Made by a program: the position numbers and the translations under genes. A stretch of DNA of 56,724 bases, taken from assembly GCA_025463905.1 (NCBI GenBank), contig JAODBJ010000325.1:1-56724 (forward strand), written 5' to 3'. Source of the stretch: Actinomycetes bacterium. GTDB taxonomy: Bacteria; Actinomycetota; Acidimicrobiia; IMCC26256; PALSA-610. Below, in pieces: positions 8,162-15,280 of the stretch. The number at the start of each line of letters is the position of its first letter. Within the stretch, counting starts at the first letter, position 1. The notes under the pieces were generated by a model that saw nothing but the letters and a program-made list of their open reading frames with translations, did not search any database and was not told where the DNA came from.

Positions 8162-9592
8162 GTGAGTTCGGTCGGTTCGATGACGAAAGACGGATTGCTC
8201 GCGAATGTCGCAACGTTCGACGAGTACCGCGCCAGTGGAGGCGGCAATGGCGTCGTCGCCACGACCGCGCTCGGGAGCGAAGCGACGATCCGGGAAGTCG
8301 AACAGTCGGGACTCAGGGGCCGGGGCGGAGGTGGGTTTCCGACGGGGCGCAAGTGGCGCGCGGTGCGCGACGCAGGCGGCTCGCGTCGCTTCGTCGTGGT
8401 GAACGGCGCCGAGGGCGAACCGGGCACGTTCAAGGACCGCGCCATCATGCGCGCGAACCCCTACCAGGTGATCGAAGGCGTCGCGGTCGCCGCACTCGCC
8501 GTTGGCGCGTCGGACGTGTACTTCGCGATCAAAGCGTCGTTCACTCGCGAGATCGAGCGGGTAGCGCAAGCCGCGGCGGACATGGCAGCCGCGGGCCTGC
8601 TCGGCGACCTCAGCTTCACGATCGCTCGAGGCCCCGACGAGTACCTCTTCGGTGAAGAGAAGGCGATGCTGGAGGTGATCGAAGGCAACGATCCACTGCC
8701 GAGAGTTCTCCCTCCGTACCTCCACGGATTGTTCGCCACGATGCCGCAGCCCGGCTGGGACGCACACGCGAGCGTGAACGACATCGACACCGGCACCGGC
8801 ACCGGCACCGGCACTGACGGTTCCAATCCCACGTTGGTCAACAACGTGGAGACCCTCGCACACGTCGCGTCGATCCTGGACCGCGGTGCATCATGGTTCC
8901 GGTCGCGCGGCACGCCGCGCTCGCCCGGCACGATGGTGTTCACGGTGGTGGGTGACGTCGCCCGACCTTGCGTTGCCGAGTTGGAGATGGGGACGCCGTT
9001 GCGGGTCCTCGTGGAAGACGTCGGCGGCGGCACCGCATCGGGGCGGCCGGTGAAGATGGTGTGCTCCGGCGTGGCCAATGCCGTACTGCCCGGAGACCGG
9101 CTCGACGTTCCGATGCATTTCGACGCGCTGGCGAACGCCGGCGGCGGCCTCGGATCCGGAGGGTTCGTCGTGTACGGCGACGACGTCTGCGCGCTCGCGG
9201 TTGCGCACGCGTACTCCAACTTCCTTTGGGTGGAATCGTGCGGCCAATGCCCGGCGTGCAAACTCGGCAGCGGCGCGATTACCGCCGCGCTCGCAGACCT
9301 GGAAGCGCGCGGTGACGCCGACCAACTTGCGGTGTTGCAGCGCGCGCTCGCGACCGTCACGGACGGCAGCCGGTGTGGGCTACCGGCCGAGGAGCAGAAG
9401 GTGGTTGGCAGCTTGCTGCGTCGGTTCCCGGAAGACGTGGTGGCACACGAAGAAGGTGACGGGCGGCATTGCGCGCTGGGTCACGACGTCATCGTGCCGA
9501 AGGTCGTCGATCTGGAGGACGGCGCCGTCACGTACGACCTACGGCAGCAATACAAACGTCCCGACTGGACGTACGCAGAACCGGCCGCGTGA
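8162..9592 (+). CDS. Orphan NuoF-like (complex I 51-kDa-type) FMN/NADH and 4Fe-4S flavoprotein
   Basis: 476 aa. GLRGRGGGGFPTGRKW, FVVVNGAEGEPGTFKDRAIM and C-terminal ESCGQCPACKLGS are NuoF hallmarks. No nuoE or nuoG lies nearby. Start is the GTG at 8162 (leaderless model) or the ATG at 8180. Confidence 0.85.
   Translation: MSSVGSMTKDGLLANVATFDEYRASGGGNGVVATTALGSEATIREVEQSGLRGRGGGGFPTGRKWRAVRDAGGSRRFVVVNGAEGEPGTFKDRAIMRANPYQVIEGVAVAALAVGASDVYFAIKASFTREIERVAQAAADMAAAGLLGDLSFTIARGPDEYLFGEEKAMLEVIEGNDPLPRVLPPYLHGLFATMPQPGWDAHASVNDIDTGTGTGTGTDGSNPTLVNNVETLAHVASILDRGASWFRSRGTPRSPGTMVFTVVGDVARPCVAELEMGTPLRVLVEDVGGGTASGRPVKMVCSGVANAVLPGDRLDVPMHFDALANAGGGLGSGGFVVYGDDVCALAVAHAYSNFLWVESCGQCPACKLGSGAITAALADLEARGDADQLAVLQRALATVTDGSRCGLPAEEQKVVGSLLRRFPEDVVAHEEGDGRHCALGHDVIVPKVVDLEDGAVTYDLRQQYKRPDWTYAEPAA
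8788..8814 (+). repeat. In-frame hexanucleotide microsatellite (CACCGG)x4.5 inside the NuoF-like gene
   Basis: caccggcaccggcaccggcaccggcac encodes DTGTGTGTGTD. Confidence 0.9.
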
Positions 9593-9593
9593 C

Positions 9594-9917
9594 ATGGGGC
9601 AGGGCGCGGACACGATCATGAAAGTCCTCGACGAGTACGAGCAAGCGGGTTACCGCGGTCAGTTCCGCGTTCTCGAGGGGGCCCGGCTGCAATGCCTGAC
9701 CTGCCGCCACGAGGTCGACGCGAACACCGTGAGGCTCGAACGCCTGCATCGCCTCGAAGGGGCCTCGGACCCGGCCGACATGCTTGCCGTCGCCGGCCTT
9801 CGGTGCCCGAACTGCTCGACGCTCGGGACCGTCGTGCTCAATTACGGGCCCGAGTCGCCGCTGGAAGACGCCGACGTGTTGCTCGCACTCGACGACGAAC
9901 GCACCGGCCCCGAATAG
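9594..9917 (+). CDS. Small hypothetical protein with two Cys pairs (zinc-ribbon-like)
   Basis: C-terminal part of ORF 9078..9917. The ATG at 9594 sits 1 nt after the NuoF-like stop codon (alternative ATG at 9618). It contains QCLTC and RCPNC pairs and an acidic tail. I recognise no family. Confidence 0.6.
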   Translation: MGQGADTIMKVLDEYEQAGYRGQFRVLEGARLQCLTCRHEVDANTVRLERLHRLEGASDPADMLAVAGLRCPNCSTLGTVVLNYGPESPLEDADVLLALDDERTGPE

Positions 9918-9944
9918 CCGCCGCCCGCTCTGGTACGGACGGGA

Positions 9945-10703
9945 TCAGGCGTCGAGGGTTTCGAGCCGGTCTCGCAAGATGCTGAGCGTGCGCGCCAGGA
10001 GGCGCGACACGTGCATCTGGCTGATCCCGACCTTCTGCGCGATTTCGGTCTGGGTCATCTCCTGGAAGAACCGCAGCCGGATGATCATCTGTTCGCGCTC
10101 AGGTAGTTCTTCGATAACGCGCTCGAGCAACACGCGGTGTTCCGCGAGGTCGAACCCGTGATCGTCTTCACCGAGCCGGCCCTCGAGCGTGAGCATCTCG
10201 CTGTTCTCGCTCGGGCGCGAGTCGATCGACGTCGAGCGGTACGCGCCGCCCACTTCCATCGCTTCGAGGACATCTTCTTCGGCGACGCCGAGTTCCTCGG
10301 CGAGTTCAGGGATACGCGGCGGTCGTTGCAACCGTTGCGAGAGTTCGTTGATCGTGTTGCCGAGACGCAGGTGCAGCTCTTGTGGGCGTCGCGGTACGCG
10401 CACGGACCAGGTGCGGTCGCGGAAATGTCGTTTGAGCTCACCTTCGACGGTCGCCGTCGCGAACGTCGAGAACTCGAGTTGGCGGTCGGGATCGAATCGC
10501 TCTACTGCTTTCAACATCCCGAGGTATGCGACCTGCAGCAGATCGTCGAACGGTTCGCCACGGTTCGCGAAGCGTCGCGCGAGGTGCATCGCCAACGACT
10601 TGTGCGCTTCGATCAGCTCATTGCGGAGATGCCGATCGTGCGAGTGGCGGAACTCGACGAATTTGCGGCGGAGTTTCTCGCGCTCCTGCGCGGAGAGCGC
10701 CAT
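9945..10703 (-). CDS. sigF: Group-3 alternative sigma factor, SigF/SigB type
   Basis: ORF 9945..11021 trimmed to the ATG at 10703 (MALSAQEREK...). ARRFANRGEPFDDLLQVAYLGMLKAVERFDP, HFRDRTWSVRVPRRPQELHLRL and MTQTEIAQKVGISQMHVSRLLARTL closely resemble mycobacterial SigF. Confidence 0.9.
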   Translation of the reverse strand: MALSAQEREKLRRKFVEFRHSHDRHLRNELIEAHKSLAMHLARRFANRGEPFDDLLQVAYLGMLKAVERFDPDRQLEFSTFATATVEGELKRHFRDRTWSVRVPRRPQELHLRLGNTINELSQRLQRPPRIPELAEELGVAEEDVLEAMEVGGAYRSTSIDSRPSENSEMLTLEGRLGEDDHGFDLAEHRVLLERVIEELPEREQMIIRLRFFQEMTQTEIAQKVGISQMHVSRLLARTLSILRDRLETLDA

Positions 10704-10704
10704 G

Positions 10705-11127
10705 TCAGTTCGACAGTCGCTTGAAGCAACGGAACCGGGCCGTGCCGGATTGTGCTTCGACCCCGTACTCGTCGACAACTGCCGCCAGGATTTGCTTGGT
10801 GAGATCGTCGATCGCGTATTCGCCGGGCGAGCCGGAGAAGGCGACGGTGCCTTCCATCGCGAGACCGTCTGATCTCGACGTGAATACGAGTTCGAGGTCG
10901 CCGCCGTTCGCGGCCTCGACCAGGATGCTCGACAACTCGTCGATCGCGACGCGTAGGTCTTCGATCTCCTCGACGTCGAAGCCGATCCGCGTCGCGACGC
11001 CCGACGCGGTGAGACGTGCAATACGCACGAACTCGAGTGCGGCTGGGATCGTCAAGCGCACCGTTTCCGGTTCCGCGACGCCCATCCCACTCGCGATCAC
11101 GCCGGTTCCGCCCGTCAGGTCCGCCAT
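10705..11127 (-). CDS. rsbW: Anti-sigma-F factor, RsbW/UsfX-like
   Basis: C-terminal 140 aa of ORF 10705..11745 from the ATG at 11127 (RBS GAGAGGA). EDLRVAIDELSSILVE parallels the DLRLAVDEVCTRLI segment of M. tuberculosis UsfX. The stop lies 1 nt before the sigF ATG. Confidence 0.78.
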   Translation of the reverse strand: MADLTGGTGVIASGMGVAEPETVRLTIPAALEFVRIARLTASGVATRIGFDVEEIEDLRVAIDELSSILVEAANGGDLELVFTSRSDGLAMEGTVAFSGSPGEYAIDDLTKQILAAVVDEYGVEAQSGTARFRCFKRLSN

Positions 11128-11208
11128 CGATCGATCCTCTCGCGTCCACACAGCGCCGTGCCCAGGCGCTCGCGAAGACGTATGTGCCCGCTCCGTTGAA
11201 CGGAAACG

Positions 11209-11234
11209 GTACCCCGTCGGCGGATTCGACAAAC
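11209..11234 (-). promoter_or_regulatory. SigF-type (autoregulatory) promoter of the rsbW-sigF operon
   Basis: Minus strand reads GCGTTT (GTTT = 11234..11231), N16, GGGTAC (11214..11209). A leader of about 81 nt runs to the ATG at 11127. Confidence 0.6.
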
Positions 11235-11237
11235 GCG

Positions 11238-11264
11238 GTTGGCCACCTACGTGGTTCGGGGTAC
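11238..11264 (+). promoter_or_regulatory. SigF-type promoter candidate for the 11285-13890 operon (one mismatch in -35)
   Basis: GTTG (11238-11241), N17, GGGTAC (11259-11264). RBS GAGGAAG and the ATG at 11285 follow. It sits back-to-back with the rsbW-sigF promoter. Confidence 0.4.
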
Positions 11265-11284
11265 ACCCACGGTGAGGAAGCACC

Positions 11285-11713
11285 ATGGGACTCGACGACG
11301 ACACCTTTCGAGATGAGTTCGAGCAGCGGCTGCCGGCAACGACCCGCAGCCTCGCCGAACTCCGGCACGCCGTCCGGGAGTGGGCTGCCCGCGCCACCGA
11401 CGACGAGGACCGAATGGCCGACATCGTGTTGGCCGCCTCGGAGATGGGGGCGGCCGCGATGCGCGTGGCGCCGCCAACGGCAACGGTGGTGCTGGCGGCG
11501 TGGGTCGACCGGGCCTGCGTGGTGATCGAGTCGCGAGTTGAGACCTCGCGAGATGCCCACGCCCCGCACGCCAACGACGACGATGGTGACGAGCGAGGGT
11601 TTTCGATTGTCGCTGCACTCTCCGACGTGATTGCGGTGCGCGACTCGTCGTCCGGCGTCGTCGTTCGAGCCCGGCTCCGGCGGCGCGGCTTCGACGTCGC
11701 CGTCGCCGGGTAG
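11285..11713 (+). CDS. RsbW/SpoIIAB-like anti-sigma regulatory factor paralog (degenerate HATPase fold)
   Basis: 142 aa. LAELRHAVREWAARA...DIVLAASEMGAAAMRVA and ERGFSIVAALSDVIAV follow the layout of anti-sigma kinases. The N-box Asn and the Gly-rich lid are not evident. Confidence 0.6.
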   Translation: MGLDDDTFRDEFEQRLPATTRSLAELRHAVREWAARATDDEDRMADIVLAASEMGAAAMRVAPPTATVVLAAWVDRACVVIESRVETSRDAHAPHANDDDGDERGFSIVAALSDVIAVRDSSSGVVVRARLRRRGFDVAVAG

Positions 11714-11731
11714 CGATACTCCGAGGCCATT

Positions 11732-12865
11732 GTGGAGCGCGACAACGCTGTCGGAACATCGGTTGACTCGGTTGCGGAGGCGTTGCAGCGGAGTCTGCTC
11801 CCGGACGACGTTCACGACGGGCCGACGGTCGACCTGCGAACTAGGTATCGACCCGGCGGTAGCGCTCGAGTCGGCGGCGATTGGTACGACGTCGTGTTGC
11901 TGCAGAATGGCAGCCTCGGTCTGGTGATCGGCGACGTCGCCGGCCACGGAGTTCTCGCGGCCGCGGTGATGGGGCAGGTGCGCAACGCGTTGCGCGCGTT
12001 CGCGGGTGAGGGGTATCCGCCAAGCGCGATGGTCGAACGCTTGAATCACTTCGTGTTCGAGAACGGGCCGAGCGAGATGGCAACCCTGTGCTTTGCCGCG
12101 CTCGATCCCACGACCGGCGGGTTCGAAATGATTTCGGCCGGTCATCCGCCGCCGCTCCTCGTTCGCGCCGGTGGTGAGGTCGAATGGTGTGCCGGAACGA
12201 GCGGGCCACCTGTCGGCATCGATCCGCACAGCCGGTACCACCAGATCGATGCCGTGCTCGCGCCCGGCGACGTCGTTGTGCTCTACACCAACGGCCTCGT
12301 CGCGCGTCGGCACGAATCGCTCGACGTCGGGCTCGAACGTCTTCGCAATGCCGCCACGACGATCGCGCCGGAAACCGACCTCGACGGCATATGTGATCAC
12401 CTCCTGTCGACGCTGCTCGGAGACATCTCGACCGACGACGACGTCGCCGTTCTCGCGCTCCGCTATGCAGGGAATGTGCCCGGGACGTTGCGGTGGCGGC
12501 GCCCGGCGCGGGCCTCCGAACTCGGCCCGATGCGCCGCGTACTGTCGGCATGGCTCCAAGACGCGGGTGTGAACGCCGAGGATGTCACCGTGATCGCGGT
12601 CGCCGTGAGCGAGGCGGCGACGAATGCGATCGAGCACGCCTATACGAACCAAGAAGGTTGGGTCGACCTCGAAGCCGACGTTGACGACGAAGCGGTGACG
12701 CTCATGGTTCGAGACGGCGGGCGTTTTCGCCCGAAGGCGCCCGGCGGTGGGGGCCGTGGGCTCGGATTAATCGGACGATTGATGGACGAATTCGAGTTGC
12801 GGCGCAGCAATGAGGGAACGGAAGTATGGATGCGGCGAATGCGGAACGGGAGGACCGGAACGTGA
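11732..12865 (+). CDS. SpoIIE/PP2C phosphatase fused to an RsbW-type serine kinase (HATPase_c)
   Basis: 377 aa with a GTG start after GAGG. PP2C motifs: GGDWYDVV, GLVIGDVAGHGVLAAAVMGQVRNAL, ISAGHPPPLL, VLYTNGLVARR and DDVAVLALRY. Kinase N-box VSEAATNAIEHAY and G-box GGGGRGLGLIGRLMDEF. Confidence 0.9.
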   Translation: MERDNAVGTSVDSVAEALQRSLLPDDVHDGPTVDLRTRYRPGGSARVGGDWYDVVLLQNGSLGLVIGDVAGHGVLAAAVMGQVRNALRAFAGEGYPPSAMVERLNHFVFENGPSEMATLCFAALDPTTGGFEMISAGHPPPLLVRAGGEVEWCAGTSGPPVGIDPHSRYHQIDAVLAPGDVVVLYTNGLVARRHESLDVGLERLRNAATTIAPETDLDGICDHLLSTLLGDISTDDDVAVLALRYAGNVPGTLRWRRPARASELGPMRRVLSAWLQDAGVNAEDVTVIAVAVSEAATNAIEHAYTNQEGWVDLEADVDDEAVTLMVRDGGRFRPKAPGGGGRGLGLIGRLMDEFELRRSNEGTEVWMRRMRNGRTGT

Positions 12866-13221
12866 GCGATCTCGTGGAGGTCGTGGCCCGGCAGGACCGT
12901 TCGGTGCCCGTGTGTGAACTGCGAGGCGAACTCGACGCGTCCAACGTCGATCGCGTCCAGACGGCACTGCTCGACTGCGTGACGAAGGACGTGCCCGGTC
13001 TCGTGCTCGACCTGACCGACACGTCGTACCTCGACAGTGCAGGCGTGCGAATTCTCTTCGACTTGGCCCGCCGCTTACGGGCCCGCCGTCAGGAGTTGCG
13101 GCTCGTGGTCCCGCCCGACGGCGTGGTGCGTCGAGTGCTGGTGCTCACGGCACTGGCCGACGTCGTGCCCGTGGACGAAGAAACCGACGACGCAGTCCGC
13201 GCCTTGCGGGCGCGCCGATGA
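12862..13221 (+). CDS. STAS-domain anti-sigma-factor antagonist (STAS-2)
   Basis: The GTG at 12862 overlaps the upstream TGA (GTGA) and follows GGAGGA by 7 nt. ELRGELDASNVDRV...LVLDLTDTSYLDSAGVRILFDLARRL. A close paralog of STAS-5. Confidence 0.85.
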   Translation: MSDLVEVVARQDRSVPVCELRGELDASNVDRVQTALLDCVTKDVPGLVLDLTDTSYLDSAGVRILFDLARRLRARRQELRLVVPPDGVVRRVLVLTALADVVPVDEETDDAVRALRARR

Positions 13222-13230
13222 GGAGTTGAC

Positions 13231-13890
13231 GTGGAACGCGGAAGCACGCAGCACTCCGGGCGCATGGACGATGCGCTCGCCGAAGAGGTTGAGCCGCTGG
13301 TCCGCAGCGGGCATGAGACCCGTGCCAACGAAGACCGGGAGCACGAGCCGCCGGCGGACGACGAACCCTTGCCGGACGTGCGTATCGCCGGCGAGGACGT
13401 ACCGATGCCCGGGCTCCTCGACCTCGATGAGATCCAAGCGCGTTCGACGCTCGCGACATCGTTGCGGCCGAGTGTGTTCCCCGCGGACAGAGAGCACCTG
13501 CTCGAAGTGGCCAACGAGCAGTACGCCCCGCCCGACGTGCTGGAAGCGCTCGAGACCCTGCCGCCGCGCCGTCGCTTCGTAAACGTCCAGCAGGTGTGGG
13601 AGGCACTCGGCGGCGACCGAGAGCGACGCGACACCGCCGCGGCATCGGTGCCGACCGCCGCCGAACTGCCGGTCGAGGAACCGTTGGCTGCGGAACGGTC
13701 GGTGGCGGAACCGCGCGTGACGGAAGCGTCAGTGACGAGAACGTTGCCCAATCCGGTGGGCGAACACGAGGTCGGTGACGGCGAGGCGTGGTGGGTGCCA
13801 CCGCTGCGCACCGGCGTCGCGCTCGCGGCGTTGCCGCTGCGGATTGGGATCGGCGTGCTGCGCGCCGTTCGGAGTCGCTTGCCGCGTTGA
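13231..13890 (+). CDS. DUF2795-domain protein with a hydrophobic C-terminal tail
   Basis: GTG start 5 nt after GAGGAG. FPADREHLLEVANEQYAPPDVLEALETLPPRRRFVNVQQVWEAL matches the DUF2795 pattern. Acidic N-terminal half. C-terminus WWVPPLRTGVALAALPLRIGIGVL. Confidence 0.72.
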   Translation: MERGSTQHSGRMDDALAEEVEPLVRSGHETRANEDREHEPPADDEPLPDVRIAGEDVPMPGLLDLDEIQARSTLATSLRPSVFPADREHLLEVANEQYAPPDVLEALETLPPRRRFVNVQQVWEALGGDRERRDTAAASVPTAAELPVEEPLAAERSVAEPRVTEASVTRTLPNPVGEHEVGDGEAWWVPPLRTGVALAALPLRIGIGVLRAVRSRLPR

Positions 13891-13910
13891 GCGCTACCGG
13901 CGGGTGTGAC

Positions 13911-14225
13911 TCAAGGCGCTGAGAGATCGCTGAGCACGCCGGCGATCTCGAGGACCTGCTGCACTGCGCCGGATGCTTCTGCAAGCATGAGGCGACCACC
14001 CGTGTCGCGCAGTCGCCGCGACGCGCCGATGATCGTGCGGATGCCGCTCGAATCCAGGAACTCGACATCGCCGAGCCGTAGCAGGATCAACCCGGCGCCG
14101 TCGTCGATGAGCTTGTCCAGCTTCGCTTGGAGTTGCGGTGCGGTTGCGAGGTCGAGCGTGCCGCGAGCCGTAACCGAATACGCGCCGGGCGACTCGTTCG
14201 ACGACGTCAGGTCGACGAAGGGCAT
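13911..14225 (-). CDS. STAS-domain anti-sigma-factor antagonist (STAS-3)
   Basis: From the ATG at 14225 within ORF 13911..14645. VTARGTLDLATAPQLQAKL...LRLGDVEFLDSSGIRTIIG. Confidence 0.85.
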   Translation of the reverse strand: MPFVDLTSSNESPGAYSVTARGTLDLATAPQLQAKLDKLIDDGAGLILLRLGDVEFLDSSGIRTIIGASRRLRDTGGRLMLAEASGAVQQVLEIAGVLSDLSAP

Positions 14226-14238
14226 GCCCGCACCACTA

Positions 14239-14583
14239 TCACTCGGAACTGGCTGCCGGAACACCAAAGTGCTCGCGCAGGCCCGTGATCTCGAGCAGCC
14301 GCAGCACTGGCTCGCTTGCCTCGCGCAACTCGAGCCGGCCACCGCTACCTTCGAGCCGGCGGTGCACCGTGAGGAGCGCGCGCAAACCCGACGAGTCGAG
14401 GAACGCGGTCTGCGACAGGTCGAGCAGTAATTCCTTCGTTTGCTCGGCCAGCAGCGCCGCGATGTGGTCTTCGAGCGCGGGCGCGGTGTACGCGTCCAGC
14501 TCCCCCTGTACTGCGAGCACAACCTGGTCACCGTTGCGGTCCGTTGTGAGGACCAGCTCGGGCCCAACCACCTGTTCGTCCAC
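14239..14583 (-). CDS. STAS-domain anti-sigma-factor antagonist (STAS-4)
   Basis: 114 aa. GTG start with GGGAGGAC upstream. LAVQGELDAYTAPALEDHI...LLLDLSQTAFLDSSGLRALL. Confidence 0.85.
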   Translation of the reverse strand: MDEQVVGPELVLTTDRNGDQVVLAVQGELDAYTAPALEDHIAALLAEQTKELLLDLSQTAFLDSSGLRALLTVHRRLEGSGGRLELREASEPVLRLLEITGLREHFGVPAASSE

Positions 14584-14620
14584 GCGCCAAGTCCTCCCGC
14601 CAAATTGCCTGCCCCAGTAG

Positions 14621-14647
14621 ATACCCGGGTTCGGCCCGTCCGCAAAC
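14621..14647 (-). promoter_or_regulatory. SigF-type promoter of the STAS-4/STAS-3 pair
   Basis: Minus strand reads GCGTTT (GTTT = 14647..14644), N17, GGGTAT (14626..14621). A leader of about 30 nt carries a GGGAGGAC RBS before the GTG at 14583. Confidence 0.6.
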
Positions 14648-14675
14648 GCGGCTTTCGAACCGGCTGTTTAGGGCA

Positions 14676-15245
14676 TCAACTCACGCGTTGACGAACTCGT
14701 TTCACCGCGCCCCGACCGGCATCGAGCGCACGATCGACGAACGCGAAGGCGGGGCCGGCCGCGAGGTTGAGCGGCGGTTCGTCGGGCGCGCCTGGATGCG
14801 GGTGCGTCGGCGCGGACTTCTTGGCCGCTTGCATCATCTCGCCGAGCTCACGCAACTCGTTCCGCGTGAGCGCCTGGCGCAGGGCCGGGAAGAGATCCTT
14901 CTCTTCTTCCTTCACATGGTGTCGCACCAACTCAGTGAGCACCGTCACCTTCGCGTCGAAACGCGGGTCCTCGGGCGACATGCGCTCGAGCATCGAGAGT
15001 TCGAGCTTCACGAGGAGATGTTCCTCGAGCGATTCCATCGCCATGTCGGCGAGCTTTTCGGCGCGCTCGCGCGCGACGGGGTACAGAAACTGCTCCTCGA
15101 TCGCGGCGTGGACCGACAACTCGCGCACGATCTTGTCGACCGTTGTCCGCTTCGATTTCGCGGCGCGCTCGCCGAGCGCTTCATATTTTTTGAACAGTTG
15201 CTCGACCGTGTGGTGGTCTTCGCGCAGCAGTGTGATTGCGTCCAT
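14676..15245 (-). CDS. Hemerythrin (HHE cation-binding) domain protein
   Basis: 189 aa. DAITLLREDHHTVEQLFKKYE, HAAIEEQFLYP, VRHHVKEEEKDLFPAL. Confidence 0.85.
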   Translation of the reverse strand: MDAITLLREDHHTVEQLFKKYEALGERAAKSKRTTVDKIVRELSVHAAIEEQFLYPVARERAEKLADMAMESLEEHLLVKLELSMLERMSPEDPRFDAKVTVLTELVRHHVKEEEKDLFPALRQALTRNELRELGEMMQAAKKSAPTHPHPGAPDEPPLNLAAGPAFAFVDRALDAGRGAVKRVRQRVS

Positions 15246-15254
15246 GTATGCGCG

Positions 15255-15280
15255 TTACCCGCGGTTGCTCGCGCCAAAAC
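15255..15280 (-). promoter_or_regulatory. SigF-type promoter immediately upstream of the hemerythrin gene, inside the 3' end of the Rieske gene
   Basis: Minus strand reads GTTT (15280..15277), N16, GGGTAA (15260..15255), then 9 nt to the ATG at 15245. No Shine-Dalgarno sequence is present, which fits a leaderless mRNA. Confidence 0.5.

Noticed and set aside
8788-8814. Short tandem repeats (8788-8814, 31405-31436, 5954-5989) considered as a possible CRISPR or minisatellite array
   Set aside because: The units are 6-18 bp, contiguous, without spacers, and two are in frame inside genes. They are not CRISPR arrays. No cas genes are present.
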